Below, in pieces: positions 55,459 to 64,000 of a stretch of DNA of 64,000 nt. The notes below the pieces were generated by a model. The model had not been told where the DNA came from, ran no database searches, and saw only the letters and a program-made list of their open reading frames with translations. Source of the stretch: Candidatus Buchananbacteria bacterium (GTDB lineage Bacteria; Patescibacteriota; Patescibacteriia; 2-01-FULL-39-33); assembly GCA_041666505.1 (NCBI GenBank), contig JBAYGU010000001.1:477-64476 (forward strand). The letters are read 5' to 3'. The number at the start of each line of letters is the position of its first letter. The stretch's first letter is position 1. Made by a program: the position numbers and the translations under genes.

Positions 55459-58400
55459 TTATGGAACTGCAATAGCATTATCCACTTCGCCAGCTGGCGG
55501 TACTTCAAAAATATCTTTAGTATTAATTGCGGTAAATCTTTTTTTCAATCCTTCAAAGGCCGTTTCAGCTGCCCTATTTTGAAAGGTGCGTCTGTCTTCA
55601 TTAAAATAAGACGCCTCCACTAACTTCTTAAGTTGTTCCGTTTTTTTCGAGTCAAAATGGATATCATTAATTTCTTCCGTAGTCAGGCCGCTGAGCCATT
55701 CCCTGGTCTTTTTTTTCTGATCATCCCGAAGCTTTCCTTTATTAAGCAGGATTTCCTTTACTAATTCTTCCAGTGTCTGGCGCTTGGCTTTTGTTTCAGA
55801 AACTTCAACTTTTGGTTCTTCCACTGCTGTCTCAGACTTTATTTCAGTCACGCTTCTTTCACCTTCCTGAAAAGTAATTCCCGGGATTTCCTTTTCCACT
55901 ATCGGCAAGCCTATCGGAACATTGCCTGCTTTTTTTTGTCTCAAATCTTCCAATGCGATACGGCCTCCAGTTTCACCTGCTCCGCCTTTCGGATTATTTG
56001 CGCCAACGGCTTCCGATTCCATATCTTTAGTCCGCGGTCCTTCTAATGGCCGCCTAGGATCGAAGGGCAAAACTGGCGGCACATCCCAATCCTTGCCGAT
56101 CGGCAGCTCAGGGTTTTTCATATCGAATGAGTAGCTGAATTTATTCGTTACTGATCCCGACATAACTCCCGCATCGATATTCTTACCGGATATCGTCGCC
56201 AAAACATGGCTATTGCCGGCATCATCAATAATCCTCAATTCGCCGAAACGGAAAGGTATATTGCCATCCTGCATGCTGTTTTTGGCGCCGAATAATTTAG
56301 AAATGGAATCCCCCAGATTAATCTTGCCTGAGCCGTCAGTCGAATCAGTCAGATAGCTTAAGCCCGCTTTATTGTCTCCCTCTGTCGGGAATATCGCCAC
56401 TTTAAGATGTTTGGCCAGTTCCCCTTTGCTCGCCCATTCAGCCAATTGATCCCTTAATCCGGCCAATTTCGTATCCACGCTGCCGTCAGGATTAGTGCCG
56501 AATTCTTTGACCGCGTCCTTGGCGTTTGCCGATAAATTCTCCAATATTCTAGAAGCATCGACCACGACATTGCCGGACGCATCCTTATTCATATAGAACA
56601 TCTGCTGCTTGCCCTCATGCTCGATCAAGCGATTGAAGAATGATGACATTTTCTTGCCCGGTTCATCATGCCAATCAGCCCGAGCATGCTTAGCCAGCCC
56701 TTCCTGCAGCTTGCTGGCCACGCTGACATTTTCCGTTACTTGCGTGTGAGTCTCATTAGGTATTATTCCGCTTTCTTTTAATGACTTCAATAATTCCGGA
56801 TCGATTCGACCAGTCTTGGGATCGAGTTCAATAGGACTTTTTATAATTGAATTTCCTTTGCTATCCAATAACTGGCCATCTCTGAATGCCAGATGCTGCA
56901 CGGCGCCTTCGCCGGCCGTTCCGTGATCGCCTTTGAACCAATGATACATATGTTCCAGGGCGCTTTCCGCTTTAGACGTTCTGCCCAATACATGCTCGCT
57001 GAATTGCCCAGTTATCCATTGGCCGATCGCACCCGCAGCCAAGCCAGTTCCTGCGCCTATTAAAAAACTCTTTTTTCTTTCCCAGCGTTTATAAGCCTCG
57101 AAATTATTATCGTTTTGTTCGATATTGCCGGTTAAATCAGCTTTGATTTCATTTATCAGCGCTTGCATTTCATGACCATCGGGCGACAGATTGAATTTTT
57201 TTCTGATATCTTTTAACGCCACTTTCAAATCCTTCATAGCGATCAGCTTTGTCTTATGCGCTTCGCCTTCCGCCTCAGAAACGCCGATCAAGTCGACTGA
57301 TTTTTCTTTTTCCAACTCAATGCGCGCCATCACATCAGCGATGGCTTTTTTATCCTCATCGGTCAAATTCTCCCTGGCCATGATTTCCGCCAGGCTCGCC
57401 TGCAATTGCTCGGCGCGCTTAAGGTCATAATTAAATTCCCTGATTTTATTCGTTCTTTTGGCATCATCATCAACTTCAATGCCCAAAGTCGAACGACGCA
57501 AATCCATTCCTCGATCATACTGCAGATCGCGAGAACGGCGCATGGCAGTAAACGTTCCGCCCATGCCGGCACCGATTAAAAGCGGCGCCAGCCACGGCGC
57601 TACTCCGGCAACAGTAACTAGCCCGCCCATTGCCGCCAATCTGGCCGTACCCTTGCCAATCACAGCGCCCGCGATTCCGCCGACTACGCCATAAGTCACA
57701 GGATTAGCTATTACTTTATTGAGTATGGGAATATTTTCTGTCGCGTCGACGAATTTTTCATACCACTTCAAAACCGGCTTCGGCTTGGTTTCATACAAGT
57801 CTTTCTGTTTCAATCCTAACTGAATATCCAAAGCCATCTCCGCCTTGACCTGCATTTCTATATTTGCCGCCTGTTCCGGACCAAATTCCTTTCCTAATTC
57901 TTTCACCTGGCTCTCCACTTGTTTCCGATAACCTTCAGCCAAAGCGAATAAATTATTGGCATACATCAAGCCTTCGGCTTCATCCTCCCGGCCGGTTGCG
58001 CCGAACTTCTTATTCTTGTTTTTCAATAGGGCGATAACCCGCACCTCTACGGTCTGATCGAACTCAGCGCGAGTCATATCGGAAGTGGCATAATCGACGA
58101 ATAATTGACCGACCACCAAATTGATTTCGTCATCTTGCACTAAGTCGCCTTTTTCATCAGCATCCATAACCTCATGAGTGAACTCTTCCAAAACAGCGTC
58201 CAATATCTCATATGATTTGTCAATATTTTCTGATTTGATTCCGCTGGTCAGCATCCTGGCTTCTATTTCCGCCATTAGATTCTTATTGTCCTTGATCGCC
58301 GCCAAAGCCTCTTTGTAATATTTCATCAAATAGCCCTTTTCGCCCAAGCGGACTGCAGCCCGCGTCAAAAAATTAGATTGAGATTTATCCAGCATGCTTC

Positions 58401-60045
58401 TGAGTTTCTGCTCCGCTTCACGCCAAGCCATGGCTTTGACAATTTCCGAGATATCAACGATGAAAATCTTTTCTCGCGATTTTTTAATGACTTCTAACTC
58501 TCCGGCGTTTTCCGGCTTGTGTTCGATCTGCAACTGTTCGACAATCGGATCAACAATCACCTTTTCTTTCGGAACAACTTCCAACTCGCTGGCGTTTCTT
58601 GAATCATGAGTAATTTGCAAAGGCGGTTTTATAACTCTTTTTTTAGGCGGTATGACTTCCAACTCGCCAGTACCCGGCTTGTGTTCAATCTGTAATGGTT
58701 CGTCATATGTGATCTCCAATGGCTTAATTTTCGGTTTTTCTTCCGGTTTCTTATCTTCCTGCAAAACAATCTCTCGACGTTTGCTCATCGCCTCCATAGC
58801 CAGCTGGTAATCCTTGTCAGCATCTCCGGTCGAACGCATATCCAACGACGCCAATACAGCTTCTAATTCCGTCCGCCAATGCTGTTCATCTCCCTTCATG
58901 TCCGGACGAATTTCAAAATATCCCCTGCTATTGGCTTGCAAGGTCTCAATTATACCGTTAATTTTCTTTAATTCCTCATCCAGCTTCTTCAATTTATCCC
59001 GATTAACCTCGCCTTCGCCGTCTTGAGCCGCTTTTTCCGTTACCTGCCTCAATGCTTCACCGGTCTGCAAAGGAAAATTATCAGAATCGACCGCATAATC
59101 AACGCCATCCTGATTAAGCGCCGCACTATTGCCCGCCTCCTTATCGGCCTTGGCCCAAGTCTGCCTCGTGGCATCTACCCATTGCCTTACCCTGCCCCTA
59201 ATAGCGCTTTTATTCGTTGATAAGCCATTATAAACTTGGTGCCAAGCGATTTTTTCTTGATGTTCCTGATCCGTCCCCTCCTTATCGCGTCCGATCTTTT
59301 CCAAAGTCTGTTCATACTGCTTCTTCAGATCTTTCGCCAATCTCGCCATGCTTTCCAAATCCTTTTTACGTTCTGCCAGCTTTCCGGCTTCCGTCTCCTG
59401 GCTCTTGGCAATAAGCTTCAGCTCCTCAATCAAGTCATCAACCGGAATGCCTTCGCGCTGGGAGCGATCATCCACTTTGACCTCAAAAGTCAGGTCAGCG
59501 CTGTCTTGAGCTTTATTTTTTGCATTCTCAACGCTTTTTATGATCCATTTTATGCGGTCGGATTTCTGCGCTTCGGGCAGATTCTTCAATATTTCCAGTC
59601 CTTCATCTACCTGGCTGATTATTTTTCTTCTAATCTCAATATTATTCGCAACTTTTTCCGGAGCCTGTTCGCTTACGTTAACAGTAGTTTCCGATTTCGA
59701 AGAAACTTCAATTTTTGCCTCGAACTCGGCTTTTAAGGCAGCGGCTTCGCGCTGGATCGCCTCAATCTCTTGCATGTCTTTTTGAAGATCCAAATCAGAT
59801 TCCTTGATTCCCAGCTCCCTTAATTCGGCCAATATCCTTTTTAAATCACCCTCAGTTTCCGCATTGATCTTATCAGCGCTTTCTTCCATTTTCTGTTTGA
59901 GCTTATCAAGAATTTCGCCCAAAGACTCCCGCCTGGCCAAGGCAACGTCTTCTGGATTTTTTATTTCTTCGATTTTTGCATCTTTAGACTCATCCATATT
60001 TATCCTATTTAATTTTTGACAGGATCCTTCTAATTTTTTCGTCAT
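55459..60045 (-). CDS. Giant (1528 aa) coiled-coil membrane protein with central glycine-zipper TM hairpin and internal ~25-aa repeats
   Basis: Uninterrupted 4.6-kb ORF. The N-terminal ~780 aa are charged and coiled-coil. A TM block (GVVGGIAGAVIGKG...LLIGAGMGGTF) follows. Three PLQIEHKPGTGELEVIPPKK-like repeats are present. Confidence 0.6.
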   Translation of the reverse strand: MTKKLEGSCQKLNRINMDESKDAKIEEIKNPEDVALARRESLGEILDKLKQKMEESADKINAETEGDLKRILAELRELGIKESDLDLQKDMQEIEAIQREAAALKAEFEAKIEVSSKSETTVNVSEQAPEKVANNIEIRRKIISQVDEGLEILKNLPEAQKSDRIKWIIKSVENAKNKAQDSADLTFEVKVDDRSQREGIPVDDLIEELKLIAKSQETEAGKLAERKKDLESMARLAKDLKKQYEQTLEKIGRDKEGTDQEHQEKIAWHQVYNGLSTNKSAIRGRVRQWVDATRQTWAKADKEAGNSAALNQDGVDYAVDSDNFPLQTGEALRQVTEKAAQDGEGEVNRDKLKKLDEELKKINGIIETLQANSRGYFEIRPDMKGDEQHWRTELEAVLASLDMRSTGDADKDYQLAMEAMSKRREIVLQEDKKPEEKPKIKPLEITYDEPLQIEHKPGTGELEVIPPKKRVIKPPLQITHDSRNASELEVVPKEKVIVDPIVEQLQIEHKPENAGELEVIKKSREKIFIVDISEIVKAMAWREAEQKLRSMLDKSQSNFLTRAAVRLGEKGYLMKYYKEALAAIKDNKNLMAEIEARMLTSGIKSENIDKSYEILDAVLEEFTHEVMDADEKGDLVQDDEINLVVGQLFVDYATSDMTRAEFDQTVEVRVIALLKNKNKKFGATGREDEAEGLMYANNLFALAEGYRKQVESQVKELGKEFGPEQAANIEMQVKAEMALDIQLGLKQKDLYETKPKPVLKWYEKFVDATENIPILNKVIANPVTYGVVGGIAGAVIGKGTARLAAMGGLVTVAGVAPWLAPLLIGAGMGGTFTAMRRSRDLQYDRGMDLRRSTLGIEVDDDAKRTNKIREFNYDLKRAEQLQASLAEIMARENLTDEDKKAIADVMARIELEKEKSVDLIGVSEAEGEAHKTKLIAMKDLKVALKDIRKKFNLSPDGHEMQALINEIKADLTGNIEQNDNNFEAYKRWERKKSFLIGAGTGLAAGAIGQWITGQFSEHVLGRTSKAESALEHMYHWFKGDHGTAGEGAVQHLAFRDGQLLDSKGNSIIKSPIELDPKTGRIDPELLKSLKESGIIPNETHTQVTENVSVASKLQEGLAKHARADWHDEPGKKMSSFFNRLIEHEGKQQMFYMNKDASGNVVVDASRILENLSANAKDAVKEFGTNPDGSVDTKLAGLRDQLAEWASKGELAKHLKVAIFPTEGDNKAGLSYLTDSTDGSGKINLGDSISKLFGAKNSMQDGNIPFRFGELRIIDDAGNSHVLATISGKNIDAGVMSGSVTNKFSYSFDMKNPELPIGKDWDVPPVLPFDPRRPLEGPRTKDMESEAVGANNPKGGAGETGGRIALEDLRQKKAGNVPIGLPIVEKEIPGITFQEGERSVTEIKSETAVEEPKVEVSETKAKRQTLEELVKEILLNKGKLRDDQKKKTREWLSGLTTEEINDIHFDSKKTEQLKKLVEASYFNEDRRTFQNRAAETAFEGLKKRFTAINTKDIFEVPPAGEVDNAIAVP

Positions 60046-60187
60046 CGATCTTTCTCAAGACTCGGCTGACTGCCGCATCCTTTTCTTTTTTTAATGCCAG
60101 CAATCTGCTTTCAAACTCAAGATAAATCGCCTCCAGTTCCTCTGGAGTCTTGATTGATGCAGCAGCATTATTTCTTTTGGCCGGCAT
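60005..60187 (-). CDS. Small basic hypothetical protein (60 aa)
   Basis: Sits immediately upstream of the giant gene in the same operon. Confidence 0.3.
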   Translation of the reverse strand: MPAKRNNAAASIKTPEELEAIYLEFESRLLALKKEKDAAVSRVLRKIDDEKIRRILSKIK

Positions 60188-60196
60188 ATAAGAAAA

Positions 60197-60514
60197 TTAA
60201 GCGTTCAAATATACAGCGCGGAATTCCAACATTGCCGCCGCCGTTATTTCTTCGATATTCTTCACTCGTCCCTTTAAAAACATCTGGAATTCCGGCTGGG
60301 AATAATCAACCGAGCCTTCCAGCATGCGATTCAGCTCTTGCGCCGTCTCCTCATCCAACTCCTTAGTTATGGATGAAAAAATAAAAGCCTGCAGGCGCGG
60401 ATACATACTGTTTACCATCGCCTCTTTTAATTCCGGAGACAAGTTATCGAACTTTTTTTCCTCGATTACTTTTTCCAAAAAAGCCCGTATTTCTTCTGGG
60501 ATAATTGTCGACAT
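60197..60514 (-). CDS. Hypothetical protein (105 aa), first gene of the cluster operon
   Basis: Acidic helical protein preceded by an AT-rich divergent promoter region. Confidence 0.35.
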   Translation of the reverse strand: MSTIIPEEIRAFLEKVIEEKKFDNLSPELKEAMVNSMYPRLQAFIFSSITKELDEETAQELNRMLEGSVDYSQPEFQMFLKGRVKNIEEITAAAMLEFRAVYLNA

Positions 60515-60686
60515 ATTTTATCGGCGCTAAAAATTTAATTGGCTTGTTCTATAAATATATTATACAACTTTTTTTAAAAATAATAAAATACCACTTATAT
60601 GCAATCAGACATATGATGATAAAAAAAATATTATTGCAAATTTGACGTTTGACGATAACGCTGATAAAAGCTAATATTATCTTAGA

Positions 60687-61208
60687 ATGATTGGAAATTA
60701 CCCTATGCCCACAGCCAAGAAAATCGGAGTCAAATTGGTCAAACAGACGCCTGGCTATTGCGGTCCGGCCAGCCTGAAGATGGTCTTAGATTATTTCGGC
60801 GTCAAAAAAAGCCTGGAAGCCTTGGCTAAAATGTCGAGCACGCCTGCTGCCGGAAAAACTGCCGGCGCCTCAGGCAAGAATCTTCTGGCGGCGGCCAAAA
60901 AATTAGGCTTTTCCGGCTCCATGAAAGACTGGGCGAACTTCAGTGATATCCGCAAATACGTCGAGAAGCAAGGCATCCCGGTCATCATTAGCTGGTTTTC
61001 AGGCTACGAGAGCCACTTTTCCGTCGTCGTTAAGATCGATAAAGATAATATTTATTTCCTGGACCCGGAATACTGCGCGCTCAGGAAAATGAGCCTGAAG
61101 AGATTCGAGAAGATCTGGTTCGAATTTGAAGGCGGACTTGGCCAGTCAACGCCCAAGCTCATCGTCAGGCGAATCATCGTCATCCAGCCGAAAAAATCTT
61201 CCAAATAA
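60687..61208 (+). CDS. Standalone peptidase C39-like (papain-fold) domain protein
   Basis: QTPGYCGPASLKMVLDYFG (catalytic Cys context) and a downstream His (ESHFSVVV). Confidence 0.55.
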   Translation: MIGNYPMPTAKKIGVKLVKQTPGYCGPASLKMVLDYFGVKKSLEALAKMSSTPAAGKTAGASGKNLLAAAKKLGFSGSMKDWANFSDIRKYVEKQGIPVIISWFSGYESHFSVVVKIDKDNIYFLDPEYCALRKMSLKRFEKIWFEFEGGLGQSTPKLIVRRIIVIQPKKSSK

Positions 61209-61234
61209 ATTTCATAAAAAACAGTCTGCCGTGG

Positions 61235-61342
61235 GGGGTTGTCCCATTACTCGATTTTTCAGGAATTTTTCAAAAAACAGAAGCTAAAATTAGCTAAAAA
61301 TTTTTTGCAAAATCACCAAAAACGGAGTTTTGGGACAGCCCC
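61235..61342 (-). mobile_element. 108-bp MITE, copy 2 (inverted), TSD GTGG, inserted in the loop of a pre-existing terminator
   Basis: Reverse complement appears identical (by eye) to 32365-32472. Flanked by GTGG direct repeats inside the palindromic CAGTCTGCC...GGCGGACTG + T7 terminator. Confidence 0.7.
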
Positions 61343-61384
61343 GTGGCGGACTGTTTTTTTATTAGCTGAATTGATGAAAGATTC

Positions 61385-62482
61385 TTATCCGCTAATCCTC
61401 TTTCTGAATCTTCCGGTCATACCGACCGCCTTGCCTTTCGCCAAAATAGCGAAACGGCCGGCCGGCCTGCCGATCTCGTCGGTGATATACTTGATATTAG
61501 TATAAGTGGAAGGATAGCCGACCAACTCCATGAAGCCGGCTCCCCTGACTTTTTCTGCGCCAAAGCTGCCTTCGACTTTGAGCGGGCCTTCCCAATAATT
61601 AATCGAACCGAACAGCATCTCCTGATTATCTATCTTAGCTGTCAGATTGAGTTCGATATTCTTCTTTGCTATCTTTATTTTCCAAGCCAGCGGATAAGCC
61701 GCTTGGCTTTTCGGGCTGACCCATTTCTTGGCCAGCGGGATTATCTCAATATCCCGATAATTCTCCTGCCTGCCGTCTGCATAGCAGATATCGGCAAAAT
61801 AAGTCTTAGTTTTGCCATCATCATAAACGCAGCACACGGCTTCTGTGCCATTGTCCAGCTGGATTGAAAACCAATCCCAGCGATCCTGCGAATACTCAGT
61901 ATCCGCCCATTGATGATCCATCCACGATTTGCCGGCAACCTCGATCCACTTATCTTTAATTTTTATTCTGCCCTCTGTCTGTAAGCTGGTCAGAGAATAA
62001 TAGTAAGTTTTTTTCGACTGCAGATCCACGTAACCCTTACCGCCTTCTAGCAGCGGTTTCTTAGTCGAAGTCAGCGTCAATTCAATATCTTCATTTTTTA
62101 AAAAATACTTCGACTCGCTAATTTTTTCTATGACACAATTAATATAGCCATTTTTTATTTCCGGATTCAGATAATTGATGAACAGCTCGGGTCGGGAAAA
62201 GCTGTCATCAGAGACAACAGAAAAAGGCGCTATCCGATGCTGGAATTCTTTTCTCTTCAGATCAGTCAAAAGCGAATGCGAGAAATATGAAATCTTCAGC
62301 GGGATTTTGCTCAAGAATGGGATTTTGACTTTTTTCACATCCACCTTGAACAGGCAATCCATATATGAATACTCATTGCCCTTCTTGTCCTTAAGGTGTC
62401 CATTGAAATACCACCATTCGACAATGCAATCGTGGGCAGATTCGTCTGTCGGAAATTTTATCGGCCTGAATCCCTTGTGCAT
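61385..62482 (-). CDS. CrtC/AttH-like (lipocalin-like hydratase family) protein
   Basis: N-terminal FPTDESAHDCIVEWWYFNGHL matches the P.DH..H...EWWY.NGHL family signature. Confidence 0.55.
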   Translation of the reverse strand: MHKGFRPIKFPTDESAHDCIVEWWYFNGHLKDKKGNEYSYMDCLFKVDVKKVKIPFLSKIPLKISYFSHSLLTDLKRKEFQHRIAPFSVVSDDSFSRPELFINYLNPEIKNGYINCVIEKISESKYFLKNEDIELTLTSTKKPLLEGGKGYVDLQSKKTYYYSLTSLQTEGRIKIKDKWIEVAGKSWMDHQWADTEYSQDRWDWFSIQLDNGTEAVCCVYDDGKTKTYFADICYADGRQENYRDIEIIPLAKKWVSPKSQAAYPLAWKIKIAKKNIELNLTAKIDNQEMLFGSINYWEGPLKVEGSFGAEKVRGAGFMELVGYPSTYTNIKYITDEIGRPAGRFAILAKGKAVGMTGRFRKRISG

Positions 62483-62510
62483 ATATTGTATTTTAATTTA
62501 CCGCGAAATA

Positions 62511-62834
62511 TCACGACAAAGGCAGAGTCTGTTTATGCAGCTTGGCATTCCTGCCGGCAATCAAAACCATTGCCAACCAGACAACGACTATTGCTGCGGT
62601 CATAATTACGCCTAATGTCAAAATTTCTCTCAGCATCGCGATCGGATTATTTGCAGCTGTTAAAAAGGGTAAATAAGGTACGATTTCTCCGCTGGCGATA
62701 TGATCGACTATAAGCATTAACGTACCTCCCCAGAGCATCGACATCAGCCATTCGGGATGTAATTTCTGAGGAATTTTTTTGTTCACTGCCGTCACTGCCA
62801 TTGCAGCGACTGCCGGCGCTATGAAACATGCCAT
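62511..62834 (-). CDS. Small integral membrane protein (3 TM)
   Basis: Hydrophobic ORF with no recognisable motifs. Confidence 0.3.
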   Translation of the reverse strand: MACFIAPAVAAMAVTAVNKKIPQKLHPEWLMSMLWGGTLMLIVDHIASGEIVPYLPFLTAANNPIAMLREILTLGVIMTAAIVVVWLAMVLIAGRNAKLHKQTLPLS

Positions 62835-62873
62835 ATATTGGAATTAATAAATAATTATCTAACAAGCTTAGTA

Positions 62874-63197
62874 TTATAAAAGACTTGGATTTCTGCTTGG
62901 ATTATTATCTTCAATCAATTTTCCGACTTCTCTTAAAAGTGCAGTAACGTCTTTATGCGCTTGAGTTATTTCTTGTTGTGATACCGGGTTAGAATCGCCA
63001 TATTCAAGTTGCTGTCTTTTATTTCGCATTTTCTGAATCCTTATAAATTCATTTTCTAACCTTCCATCCATTAATTGGGCGGCAAAGTTAATAATCTTAT
63101 AATGGTGGCTTTTTGTGCTTTGTCTTACTCTGTAACCAAAAAATATAAGCACTCCTTCACAAATAATTCTGGCAGCATCATAAATAGTAATATACAC
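62874..63197 (-). CDS. HEPN-like protein, possibly N-terminally truncated (GTG start)
   Basis: Downstream partner of the NTase gene. The in-frame upstream region (to 63282) encodes helix-like sequence but has no start codon. Confidence 0.35.
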   Translation of the reverse strand: MYITIYDAARIICEGVLIFFGYRVRQSTKSHHYKIINFAAQLMDGRLENEFIRIQKMRNKRQQLEYGDSNPVSQQEITQAHKDVTALLREVGKLIEDNNPSRNPSLL

Positions 63198-63275
63198 ATT
63201 ATCTTCCGCGTCTTTTAAAGCCCTTGCGTTTTCTGCAAAGTTAAGCTTTCCTTGAGCCTTAGCTAATTTTTTAGC

Positions 63276-63306
63276 GCTGAATCAATAGACGGCTCGATTG
63301 ATTCAG
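63276..63306. repeat. Perfect 11-bp inverted repeat hairpin (GCTGAATCAAT-n10-ATTGATTCAGC) between the NTase and HEPN genes
   Basis: Seen directly in the sequence; no adjacent T-run. Confidence 0.5.
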
Positions 63307-63308
63307 CA

Positions 63309-63761
63309 TCAATGTCCAATAAGGTTGGCATAATCATTAAAATTTCCTTTTAAGATTATCATTTCATTATTAAAAACATTCATAAAAAAACTATCTTTTT
63401 CCACTAATTTTTTATTTATTTCTCCTTTATCGAAAATGTGATAATTAATTTCTCTATTAAGTTCCCTTTCTAGTGCTACGGTTTTTTCGGTAAATAAATT
63501 GGCATCTGGATTGCCAATAATCATTAAGTCAATATCACTATCTGTTACTTCCTGATTTTTAGCCATCGATCCAAAAATAAATGCGCATTCTATATCAGGA
63601 AATATATTAACTAGCTCATGCAGACGATACTGCAGGCCAATGGTTTTAGAAATTATACTCTTTAATTCATTATACAGCGGATAATTTTTATTTAACTTAA
63701 AAAAACGTAAATTTCCCTTACGTTCATCTTCTAATACGCCATCCTCTACAAGACCATCCAA
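63309..63761 (-). CDS. Nucleotidyltransferase-domain protein (MNT-like)
   Basis: IFGSMAKNQEVTDSDIDLMIIG (GS...DxD). The upstream region encodes a winged-helix-like segment in frame but has no start codon. Confidence 0.55.
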   Translation of the reverse strand: MDGLVEDGVLEDERKGNLRFFKLNKNYPLYNELKSIISKTIGLQYRLHELVNIFPDIECAFIFGSMAKNQEVTDSDIDLMIIGNPDANLFTEKTVALERELNREINYHIFDKGEINKKLVEKDSFFMNVFNNEMIILKGNFNDYANLIGH

Positions 63762-64000
63762 ATGCCTCTGATAATATGCCGGTTCTTTATTGAGGCTCTT
63801 TGCAATTTCTCTAAAATAATAAACCCCGTCCGGATTCTTAAAAAAGAAATTTAGGATTTCGCCCTTGCCATTTTATAGGAATTCTAACATAAATACATTG
63901 TATCATATTTGTTTACAATCGTAAACATTTTGTGTACAATCTTAGTAAATTATCTAAATTGAGACAAAAATTAGTAAATACCGACTGGCGGTGTTTATTG

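Noticed and set aside
1-64000. tRNA, rRNA or other structured RNA genes
   Set aside because: No cloverleaf-compatible stretches, no GTTCGAATC-type T-arm motifs in intergenic regions, and no rRNA-like segments were found. The only long non-coding regions are the rny leader and repeat-filled spacers.

Overview
This ~64 kb window is a gene-dense, low-GC (roughly 40-42% by eye) bacterial chromosome segment with about 65 genes, most on the minus strand and many with 4-nt ATGA start/stop overlaps. The standard genetic code applies: TAA, TAG and TGA all terminate well-supported genes.

Housekeeping content:
- A four-subunit pyruvate:ferredoxin oxidoreductase operon (porGDAB).
- Three tRNA synthetases: ileS, argS and thrS.
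- rpsA, plsX, clpP, htpX, hup, RNase Y and an RNase J-like beta-CASP nuclease.
- Split coaB/coaC genes, a phosphohexomutase and a PGI/PMI SIS isomerase.
- A bacterial Elp3 homolog.

Accessory content:
1. A tight seven-gene glycosyltransferase/Nudix/HprK-like/NDK-like operon. One of its Nudix genes carries an in-frame TAG.
2. A ~4.9 kb island with two AbiEi/AbiEii type IV toxin-antitoxin pairs around an unknown 484-aa protein, bounded by ~48-bp direct repeats.
3. A HicAB pair and two NTase/HEPN pairs.
4. A cluster of five tandem VirB2/TrbC-like small membrane proteins plus a solute-binding protein and a 1528-aa coiled-coil membrane protein. This is the most likely candidate for an undescribed cell-surface system.

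Two families of miniature palindromic repeats are present:
- A ~109-bp element inserted in-frame inside ileS and the Elp3 gene, recalling Rickettsia palindromic elements.
- A 108-bp MITE with two apparently identical inverted copies 28.8 kb apart, each carrying a 4-bp target-site duplication.

Two genes have clearly elevated GC and are probably horizontally acquired: a FadL-like outer-membrane beta-barrel and a partial secreted-protein gene at the window start. I found no rRNA, tRNA or CRISPR. The overall picture suggests a streamlined, probably anaerobic, uncultivated lineage (possibly CPR-like); this is inference only. My hand-counted coordinates for repeats and hairpins may be off by 1-2 bp.
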